From an uncultured Candidatus Saccharibacteria bacterium (GTDB lineage Bacteria > Patescibacteriota > Minisyncoccia > Phycocordibacterales > CAIZIN01), in the NCBI GenBank assembly GCA_964525175.1, contig CAZGFB010000001.1:1-34662 (forward strand): DNA of 34,662 nt, in the 5' to 3' direction. Every line of letters starts with the position of its first letter. Within the stretch, counting starts at the first letter, position 1. Under the pieces are notes generated by a model. It saw only the letters and a program-made list of their open reading frames with translations, did not search any database and was not told the origin of the DNA. The position numbers and the translations under genes are program-made. Below are positions 24,501 through 31,162 of the stretch, in pieces.

Positions 24501-24721
24501 ATGAAAGTAAGCTTACAAGTGAGACTGTAACAATGGTGGTACAGGTCAATGGAAAGGTTCGTGGGGAGCTAATTGTGCCTACAAATGTGGATGAAAATAC
24601 CGCATTAGAATTAGCAAAAAATTCTGAACAAGTCGCAAAATGGCTTGAAAAAGCTGAAATTATCAAGGTCGTTTTTGTCCCGGGTAGACTTGTCAACATT
24701 GTTGTCAAGGTTTCCCCTTGA
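21536..24721 (+). CDS. leuS: Leucine--tRNA ligase with extra in-frame insertions (repeat-derived peptide; Nudix domain)
   Basis: HIGH motif ([14 protein letters not shown]), editing domain ([44 protein letters not shown]), [10 protein letters not shown], KMSKS as KMSKRWGN and the C-terminal VQVNGKVRG domain. ATG 21536 ([21 protein letters not shown]) is preferred over GTG 21476. Confidence 0.95.
   Translation: [1061 protein letters not shown]
22498..22529. repeat. Short hairpin repeat unit inside the leuS coding sequence
   Basis: GTCATCCTCGGGTACTCCCGGGGATCCAAGTC followed by TGGATTC. Differs by one loop base from the intergenic unit at 32063..32093. Translated in frame as [14 protein letters not shown]. 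Confidence 0.9.
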
Positions 24722-24763
24722 CGATAATATAAATAAGTGATAAGGTGTACATATAAACATTTT

Positions 24764-25795
24764 ATGAATTCAATAACATTTAAACCAAAACAAGTAGTGA
24801 AGAGGCTTTTAACAGCTTTACCTCCACGTGCGAAGGATGTCATTATTGGACGATATGGTCTTGGAGAAGATGCTCACAAAATGACACTGGAGTCTATTGG
24901 AAAAACCTATAAAATCACTCGTGAGCGCGTGCGTCAGATTGAAAGTTATGCAATCAACGTCATTCGTAAATCAGAATTTTACAAAAAAGAACAAGCTGTT
25001 TTTGATGAACTCGAACAATACCTAAGGAAGATGGGGGGTGTAGTTCCTGAGGTAGAATTGCTAGCATCTTTAGCAAAAGATAAAAGTACTCAGAATTATA
25101 TTCATTTCTTGCTAGTTATTGGTGAATCCTTCAAGAAGGACAAAGAAGATGATGAATTCCAGCACCGATGGCATGTAGATGAGAAGCTTTCAACAAGTGT
25201 TCATGAAGCTTTGAAAAAATTATACAAAGGACTTAAGGATGACGAAATTCTTCCAGAGAGTGAAATGATTTCAGCTTTTCTAGAACATGTAAAAGAAATA
25301 AACGAAGAATATAAAAAAGAAGAGATTTTGAAGCGATGGCTTTCATTGTCTAAACTTATTGATAAAAATCCACTAGGAGAATGGGGAAGAGCGGAATCAA
25401 CAAGTATTAGAGCAAAAGGTATTCGAGATTATGCATACTTGGTTATCCGAAAGCATGGTTCACCAATTCACTTCCGAGAAGTAGCAAAGGCTATCACTCG
25501 AGTATTTGGAAAGAAGGCTCACATTGCAACAACTCACAACGAACTTATAAAAGATTCACGATTTGTATTGGTAGGACGCGGACTTTACGCTCTATCAGAA
25601 TGGGGATACCTAACAGGTATTGTCCGAGATGTTATTAAAGGCATTTTGGAAAAACATGGCCCTCTACACAAAAAAGATATCATTGATAAAGTTTTGAAAG
25701 AAAGATATGTTAAGGAAAATACAATTCTAGTCAATCTTCAAAATACAAAACATTTTAAGAAGGACAAAGAAGGAAGATACGCAACATCGAAATAA
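24764..25795 (+). CDS. Sigma-70 region-4-like HTH protein with C-terminal HARE-HTH-like domains
   Basis: LPPRAKDVIIGRYGLGEDAHKMTLESIGKTYKITRERVRQIESYAI (sigma70_r4 pattern). C-terminal IRDYAYLVIRKHGSPIHFREVAKAI...FVLVGRGLYALSEWGY resembles the RpoE-delta/HARE-HTH fold. ATG 24764 preferred. Confidence 0.7.
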   Translation: MNSITFKPKQVVKRLLTALPPRAKDVIIGRYGLGEDAHKMTLESIGKTYKITRERVRQIESYAINVIRKSEFYKKEQAVFDELEQYLRKMGGVVPEVELLASLAKDKSTQNYIHFLLVIGESFKKDKEDDEFQHRWHVDEKLSTSVHEALKKLYKGLKDDEILPESEMISAFLEHVKEINEEYKKEEILKRWLSLSKLIDKNPLGEWGRAESTSIRAKGIRDYAYLVIRKHGSPIHFREVAKAITRVFGKKAHIATTHNELIKDSRFVLVGRGLYALSEWGYLTGIVRDVIKGILEKHGPLHKKDIIDKVLKERYVKENTILVNLQNTKHFKKDKEGRYATSK

Positions 25796-25796
25796 T

Positions 25797-25832
25797 AAAA
25801 AAATACCACTCGACGAGAGTGGTATTTTTTTT
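25797..25832 (+). terminator. Intrinsic terminator
   Basis: AAAAAAATACCACTC-GACGA-GAGTGGTATTTTTTTT. Confidence 0.85.
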
Positions 25833-25849
25833 ATCTGTATCTTTGTATT

Positions 25850-25926
25850 GTCATTCCGAATTTAGTCCCGAATCCAGTCTCGCGCCCGCATTGTCATCTT
25901 CGCTGTACTCAGCGGAGATCCAAGTC
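25850..25926 (+). repeat. Tandem pair of short hairpin repeat units
   Basis: GTCATTCCGAATTTAGTCCCGAATCCAG, linker TCTCGCGCCCGCATT, GTCATCTTCGCTGTACTCAGCGGAGATCCAAGTC. Confidence 0.9.
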
Positions 25927-26234
25927 CTGCATTTTTACTAACTAATAAAATTACTCTCGGTATAAGTTTTTTGGAACACGATAAAATTCTGCTGAATTTT
26001 CTCTCTGTCCGTCGTCGCCACTCCTCCCAAGTTTCCAAAAAACTTACACCTTCGATTAATTTTAAACAACGGCTACCATTCCGATAGAGAATTAGTGGAA
26101 GCGGTGGCGGGTTGTATCTCTCGACTACGAGAAATACAGTCATTTGAATTGGCCATGCAAAAAAGCCTCTGTTGAGCTCGTTTTTGCGTGGCGGACTCGA
26201 AATACTTGTATAAATTGCATAACTATGTTATAAT
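25927..26234 (+). repeat. Conserved intergenic module C (copy 1), ending in a strong promoter
   Basis: Blockwise homologous to 34285..34590, with conserved hairpins at 26112..26139 and 26152..26192. Confidence 0.7.
26206..26234 (+). promoter_or_regulatory. Promoter TTGTAT-17-TGtTATAAT
   Basis: -35 at 26206..26211, 17-nt spacer, extended -10 with TATAAT at 26229..26234. Drives the 26311 gene. Positionally equivalent to the promoter at 34562..34590. Confidence 0.6.
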
Positions 26235-26310
26235 ATAGAGAAATAGAACAAATCAAAGTCTTGGGGTCCACGGTTGGATTTTTAGATTTTGAACAGCAGA
26301 AAGGTTAATT

Positions 26311-26628
26311 ATGAGCATTATAGGTAAAATATTTTTAGGAGTTGTTGGAATACTTGGTTTATTATTTATTGCTTTGGTTTTAGGTGCTTACACCGATAAT
26401 TCGAATAGAAATTCAAATACGAATGCCCTCCCTGAAGGAGAAACTATAGAATTCCTATATATTGGTGAAGGAGATACATTTGTTGCCAAAATCAAGGATG
26501 TAACTAGTTATCGGAAGTACAAGTTTTCCGGTGAACAACCTAAAGTTGGGAAATATCGAATTGTCGGTGTTGGAAAAGATAAGCGTGAACTTATCCCCAT
26601 CTCTGATACAACCGAAGCTTCAAAATAG
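26311..26628 (+). CDS. Hypothetical small membrane-anchored protein (105 aa)
   Basis: N-terminal TM helix (IIGKIFLGVVGILGLLFIALVLGAY), AAAGG SD-like sequence, and two terminator hairpins downstream. Confidence 0.55.
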   Translation: MSIIGKIFLGVVGILGLLFIALVLGAYTDNSNRNSNTNALPEGETIEFLYIGEGDTFVAKIKDVTSYRKYKFSGEQPKVGKYRIVGVGKDKRELIPISDTTEASK

Positions 26629-26646
26629 CCAGCATCATCATTTTTC

Positions 26647-26680
26647 AAAGTCGTGTCCATTCGTGGCACGACTTTTTCTT
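26647..26680 (+). terminator. Intrinsic terminator (first of two in tandem)
   Basis: AAAGTCGTG-loop-CACGACTTTTT. Confidence 0.7.
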
Positions 26681-26688
26681 TTGATTGT

Positions 26689-26737
26689 AAAATACTGATA
26701 CACTTTTAAGGTCTTGAAAAGTGCATCAGTATTTTTT
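26689..26737 (+). terminator. Intrinsic terminator (second of two in tandem)
   Basis: AAAATACTGATACACTTTT-loop-AAAAGTGCATCAGTATTTTTTT (one mismatch in a 17-bp stem). Confidence 0.7.
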
Positions 26738-26809
26738 TGGGACTTATTCCTGAATCTTAAATCATAAATCTTAAATCATCAAAAATTATTTTGCTTCGCT
26801 TCTAATTTT

Positions 26810-26818
26810 TGATACAAT
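26810..26818 (+). promoter_or_regulatory. Extended -10 (TGaTACAAT) 7 nt upstream of ATG 26826
   Basis: TACAAT at 26813..26818 and TTTGCT at the -35 position. No SD. Confidence 0.5.
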
Positions 26819-26825
26819 ATACCTA

Positions 26826-28088
26826 ATGAACGGGTCAAATGATCTTTTGATAACATCACTACAATATATTTTTCTTGTTGCTCCTTTGTGGTTGCCTGCT
26901 GTTTTGGCGTATGTGTTTTGGCATATGTTTGTTCGATATAATCGAAAGAAGTTTTTTGCTGCACAAAAATATGCACTTTTAGAAATTCGTGTTCCAAAGG
27001 AAGTCGCAAAATCTCCAGTGGCAATGGAATTATTTCTAAATACTGTATGGCAAACAAGTGGGGAGAGTACATGGTACGATAGAAATTTTTTGGGTAAAAC
27101 TCGAGCGTGGTTTTCTTTAGAAATTGTTTCCGTCGATGGTTTTATTCATTTTTATATTTGGACAAGAGCAGCTTTTCAAAAACATATCGAGTCACAAATA
27201 TATGCTCAATATCCGGGCGCTGAAGTTTCTTTTGTTTCAGATTATTCAAAAATGATTCCTGAATTTGATCCAAGTATTTATGGAATGATGGGTACAGAAT
27301 ATACTCTAACAAAAGCAGATCCGTATCCAATAAAAACATATGTTGATTACGGTCTTCATGAGACAGCTACAAAAGAGGAGCAAAAAGTTGATCCGATTTC
27401 TCAGGTTTTAGAATTTATGGGTCAGCTTGGAAAAAGTGAACAATTTTGGTTCCAAATCATTTGTCGTGCTCATAATCCAAAAGGAGAAGATCCTGATTTT
27501 TCAAAACGTATTTGGTGGAAGCCTCAAACATGGAATAAAAATAAGGATAATTGGAAAGAAAACGCTACTAAAATCGTAAAAGAAATACGAAGTGAGAACA
27601 CTTCAAAATATAAAGACCCTATGACAGGTAAAGAGCAGGATGGCTTTCCAAATCTTACAAAAGGGCAGATGGAAATAATTTCTGCACTTGAAAGAAGTGT
27701 TTCAAAGCCTGGATTTGATATTGGTTTACGTTCGATTTATATTGCTCCAAAAGATAATTTTAATGGTACAAATATTGCAGTACAAATGTCTCTTTTGAAA
27801 CCATTTAGTTCTCCAACTTTGAATGGTTTTAAGCCAAAGAACAACACGTCCTTCGACTATCCTTGGCAAGATTGGAATAATATTCGTGCAAATAAATTAA
27901 AAAAGGATTTGCTATATGCCTATCAAAAACGCGCATACTTTTTCGCTCCAAACAAAGAAGCTCATTGTGTTTTGAATGCTGAAGAACTAGCAACGATTTA
28001 CCACTTCCCAGGAACTGTTGTTCTTACACCAACTCTCGGAAGACTATTGTCAAAGAAAGCTGAACCACCATCGAACTTGCCGATATAG
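26826..28088 (+). CDS. Conserved-looking hypothetical protein with N-terminal membrane anchor (420 aa)
   Basis: N-terminal TM segment (ITSLQYIFLVAPLWLPAVLAYVFW), then a Trp/Lys-rich soluble domain (LLEIRVPKEVAKSPVAMELFLNTVWQ..., FSLEIVSVDGFIHFYIW...). Family not recognised with confidence. mltG starts 2 nt after its stop. Confidence 0.7.
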   Translation: MNGSNDLLITSLQYIFLVAPLWLPAVLAYVFWHMFVRYNRKKFFAAQKYALLEIRVPKEVAKSPVAMELFLNTVWQTSGESTWYDRNFLGKTRAWFSLEIVSVDGFIHFYIWTRAAFQKHIESQIYAQYPGAEVSFVSDYSKMIPEFDPSIYGMMGTEYTLTKADPYPIKTYVDYGLHETATKEEQKVDPISQVLEFMGQLGKSEQFWFQIICRAHNPKGEDPDFSKRIWWKPQTWNKNKDNWKENATKIVKEIRSENTSKYKDPMTGKEQDGFPNLTKGQMEIISALERSVSKPGFDIGLRSIYIAPKDNFNGTNIAVQMSLLKPFSSPTLNGFKPKNNTSFDYPWQDWNNIRANKLKKDLLYAYQKRAYFFAPNKEAHCVLNAEELATIYHFPGTVVLTPTLGRLLSKKAEPPSNLPI

Positions 28089-28089
28089 T

Positions 28090-29079
28090 ATGGATTATTT
28101 TTCTAAACACTCATTAATAATAAAAGATTTTATTAAAGCTTATAAAAAAAGTATTCTTATTTTAATTGCCTTTCTAATTTTTTCTTTCTGTGTTTTGTTT
28201 TTTGTTTCCGCTCCGTCAAACCAAAAATCAAAACATGATGTAAATATTTCAAGCGGGCTTTCACTTATGCAGGTTTCGTTATTATTGAAAGATAATAATA
28301 TCATTCGCTCAAGTGAGATTTTCAGAGCTGTGGTAATTCTTCTTGGTGGAGAAGGTTCTATCAAGGCTGGTCCATATTTATTTGATGGGACTGACAATGT
28401 GTTTAAAATTGCAATTAGGATTATTAAAGCTGATTACGGTGTGCCGGTAAAAAAAGTCACAATCATAGAGGGTATGCGAGGCAGAGACTTGCTTAACCTT
28501 TTTGGTTCTGAATTTACGAATTTGGATAAGGTTGAATTTGAGAAAGAAGTACTTTCTCGCGAGGGTTACCTTTTCCCAGATACATATTTTATTCCTCTTT
28601 CTTCTTCCTCAAGCGACATAATTAAAATGCTATCAGATAATTTTGATAAACATCTAAAAAATATTGATTTAAATAAATCTAAAACTTCGAAAGAGTTAAA
28701 AGAAATATTAACTATGGCCTCGATCATAGAAGGTGAGGCGATGAAGGATGAAGATAGAAAAATTATTTCAGATATTTTATGGAGACGTATCGAAATTGGT
28801 ATGATGCTTCAAGTTGATACCGTATTTATGTATATAAACGGAAGAGCCTCGTCAGAAATTACTAAAGCAGATTTAAAAATTGACTCTTTGTATAACACAT
28901 ATCTTTACAAAGGCCTTCCGCCAACCCCTATAAGCAACCCCGGAATTCTTGCTATTAAAGCATCTATGTTCCCAACACCAAATAAATATTTGTATTATCT
29001 TTCAGACAAAGAAGGAACAATGCATTATGCAGAGACCTTTGCTGAACATAAAAATAATATAAGTAAATATTTGAAATAA
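28090..29079 (+). CDS. mltG: Endolytic murein transglycosylase MltG (YceG-like)
   Basis: N-terminal TM anchor, GYLFPDTYFIP, ILTMASIIEGEA (catalytic Glu region), LQVDTVFMYING and YNTYLYKGLPPTPISNPG. ATG 28090 is preferred over the overlapping upstream start. Confidence 0.9.
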   Translation: MDYFSKHSLIIKDFIKAYKKSILILIAFLIFSFCVLFFVSAPSNQKSKHDVNISSGLSLMQVSLLLKDNNIIRSSEIFRAVVILLGGEGSIKAGPYLFDGTDNVFKIAIRIIKADYGVPVKKVTIIEGMRGRDLLNLFGSEFTNLDKVEFEKEVLSREGYLFPDTYFIPLSSSSSDIIKMLSDNFDKHLKNIDLNKSKTSKELKEILTMASIIEGEAMKDEDRKIISDILWRRIEIGMMLQVDTVFMYINGRASSEITKADLKIDSLYNTYLYKGLPPTPISNPGILAIKASMFPTPNKYLYYLSDKEGTMHYAETFAEHKNNISKYLK

Positions 29080-29120
29080 AGTTAATTATTGATAATGAAA
29101 ATTTAATTTAAGGTTTATAT

Positions 29121-29152
29121 CAAAAATGCTATTGTTTACGATAGCATTTTTG
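29121..29152. promoter_or_regulatory. Palindrome S1 (CAAAAATGCTAT-TGTTTACG-ATAGCATTTTTG); also a plausible mltG terminator
   Basis: 12-bp arms with a T-run after the hairpin. The core TGCTATTGTTTACGATAGCA recurs at 29216, 29703 (inverted) and 29748 (inverted). Confidence 0.6.
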
Positions 29153-29215
29153 ATATTTTATAAAATTTATATATACAAATATATAAATATAATATATATA
29201 TATTACTACCTAGGA

Positions 29216-29235
29216 TGCTATTGTTTACAATAGCA
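29216..29235. promoter_or_regulatory. Palindrome S2 (TGCTATTG-TTTA-CAATAGCA), candidate operator of the TrpR-like gene
   Basis: Perfect 8-bp arms. It overlaps the -35 position of the TATAAT at 29253..29258, which sits 6 nt before ATG 29265. Confidence 0.55.
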
Positions 29236-29264
29236 AATATTTTTTATTGGTTTATAATTATTCT

Positions 29265-29684
29265 ATGAAGAATCTCACTAATATTAGGATTGACAAAAAT
29301 GTTTATAATAAAATATATGGTCAATTTGTTTCCTCGTTGATTTGTCTGGATAATAAGGAAAAGAGTATATTATTTGTGAATGAATTATTTACTGAATCCG
29401 AAAAAATGATGCTAGCAAAAAGATTGGCTATCATAATAATGCTTAAAGAAGGATTATCAAACCGCGTAATCAGTAATTCTCTCAATGTTAGTCCCGCCAC
29501 TGTTACAAGAGCTTCTGTCGCTCTAAAAAGGAATTCATATAACATTATTGATGATTTCTTTGGGGATAAAGAAACAAGAAGAAAGATAATCAAAAAGATT
29601 CTGATTTTAAGACACGAACTTTTACCAACTCGGCCTAGAGGGGCCAGTTTTGAATACTTACGAAATAATAAGTATCCAAAATAG
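29265..29684 (+). CDS. TrpR-like (YerC/YecD family) HTH regulator
   Basis: LFTESEKMMLAKRLAIIIMLKEGLSNRVISNSLNVSPATVTRASVALK matches the Trp-repressor-like helix pattern. ATG 29265 is preferred over TTG 29247. Confidence 0.7.
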   Translation: MKNLTNIRIDKNVYNKIYGQFVSSLICLDNKEKSILFVNELFTESEKMMLAKRLAIIIMLKEGLSNRVISNSLNVSPATVTRASVALKRNSYNIIDDFFGDKETRRKIIKKILILRHELLPTRPRGASFEYLRNNKYPK

Positions 29685-29702
29685 AATCTGTGAATATAAA
29701 TA

Positions 29703-29724
29703 ATGCTATCGTAAACAATAGCAT
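29703..29724. promoter_or_regulatory. Palindrome S3 (exact reverse complement of the S1 core)
   Basis: ATGCTATCGTAAACAATAGCAT, 19 nt after the TrpR-like stop codon. Confidence 0.55.
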
Positions 29725-29747
29725 ATTAGAATTCATCATCTGGTGAA

Positions 29748-29767
29748 TGCTATCGTAAACAATAGCA
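29748..29767. promoter_or_regulatory. Palindrome S4
   Basis: TGCTATCGTAAACAATAGCA. Confidence 0.55.
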
Positions 29768-29890
29768 AATTTTAGAATGGAGATAAGAGAAATAAAGGGG
29801 CCTAATTAAAGTGTTTTGGATTTAGGACAAAATAACAAATAATGAACCGCTTTAGCTTTTGGTTAAATTTATGTTATAACTATTGGATTA

Positions 29891-31066
29891 ATGCAGAATT
29901 TAAAAGGTAAAAAGATATATGTTGGTCTTTCTGGTGGAGTGGATAGCTCTGTGGCTGCGGCTCTTTTGCTGGAAGCTGGCGCTCTCGTGACGGGAGTCTT
30001 TATAAAAGGCTGGTATCCGGAATTTTTGAAATGTGACTGGAAGGAAGAGAGGCGAGATGCGATGCGTGTGGCTGCACATTTAGGAATACCATTTTTGACT
30101 TGTGATGCGGAAGAGGCATATAAAAAGAATGTGATTGATTATATGATTTCTGAATATAAAGCAGGGCGAACTCCTAACCCAGATGTGATGTGTAATAAGT
30201 ATGTAAAATTTGGAACATTCTTTGATTTTGCTATGGAGCGTGGTGCGGATTTTGTGGCGACAGGGCACTACGCTCGCTCCGCTCGAATTAAAAATGAAAA
30301 ATTGACACAAAACAACGAGCGAAGCGACTATGTTTTGTGTCATCCTCGCGAATGCGGGGATCCAGGTTCGGATTCGGATGCTCAGCTATTGAAAGGGGAG
30401 GATGGGAATAAGGATCAGAGTTATTTCTTGTGGGCAGTATCAAAAGATCAATTAGAAAAAACTCTTTTCCCGATTGGAGAAATTGATAAATCTGAAGTTA
30501 GAAAAATTGCTAGAAAATATAAACTTTTTACTGGTGAAAAAAAAGACAGCCAAGGTTTATGTTTTCTTGGTAAGGTTGATTTGGATGAATTTTTATCTCA
30601 TTATATTCCAAAAAATAAAGGAGATGTCTTAAATAAAGACGGTGAAGTAATTGGCCATCATGACGGTGTGCATCTATACACATTGGGAGAAAGACATGGA
30701 TTTACTGTCACAAAAAAAGGCATAGAAGATAAGCCGAACTATATTGTTGCAAAGGACATAGAAAAAAACACACTTACCGTCTCTGATTCAATTATCGAGA
30801 TTCAAAAAACCTCCTGCTCTGGTGTTATTCTTCGTGAGGTGAATTGGATCATAAAACCGGAGTTAAATAAAGAATATATGTGTCGAGTTAGATATCGACA
30901 ACCACTTTTTCGATGCTCGGTTCATCGTGAGGCTAAGCCTCACGATGTAGAAGGTTGTATTGTGAATTTTGTGAACAAACAAGATTTTGTATCAACTGGC
31001 CAATCTCTGGTTTTGTATGACGGGGATATTTGTTTGGGAGGAGGAATAATTGAGGGTAGAATATAG
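29891..31066 (+). CDS. mnmA: tRNA-specific 2-thiouridylase MnmA with in-frame repeat insertion
   Basis: PP-loop VGLSGGVDSSVAA, EYKAGRTPNPDVMCNKYVKF, ATGHYAR, KDQSYFL, KKDSQGLCFLG and C-terminal GQSLVLYDGDICLGGGII. Confidence 0.93.
   Translation: MQNLKGKKIYVGLSGGVDSSVAAALLLEAGALVTGVFIKGWYPEFLKCDWKEERRDAMRVAAHLGIPFLTCDAEEAYKKNVIDYMISEYKAGRTPNPDVMCNKYVKFGTFFDFAMERGADFVATGHYARSARIKNEKLTQNNERSDYVLCHPRECGDPGSDSDAQLLKGEDGNKDQSYFLWAVSKDQLEKTLFPIGEIDKSEVRKIARKYKLFTGEKKDSQGLCFLGKVDLDEFLSHYIPKNKGDVLNKDGEVIGHHDGVHLYTLGERHGFTVTKKGIEDKPNYIVAKDIEKNTLTVSDSIIEIQKTSCSGVILREVNWIIKPELNKEYMCRVRYRQPLFRCSVHREAKPHDVEGCIVNFVNKQDFVSTGQSLVLYDGDICLGGGIIEGRI
30304..30367. repeat. H hairpin + short hairpin unit inside the mnmA coding sequence
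   Basis: GACACAAAACA-N16-TGTTTTGTGTC (30304..30341) and GTCATCCTCGCGAATGCGGGGATCCAGGT (30339..30367). Homologous to the intergenic composite at 7974..8039. Translated as ...TQNNERSDYVLCHPRECGDPG... Confidence 0.9.
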
Positions 31067-31144
31067 AATTATGAATTAAGAATTATGAATTCATTAAGAG
31101 GCGTGCTTCTGTTTTGTCCATTCTTAATTCCTAATTCCTAATTC
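31066..31144. repeat. AT-rich inverted repeat of the GAATTATGAATTAAGAATT family
   Basis: Left arm 31066..31094 begins at the last base of the mnmA stop codon. Right arm 31120..31144 ends 6 nt before TATAAT at 31151..31156. Confidence 0.8.
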
Positions 31145-31162
31145 TTGAAGTATAATACTTCT

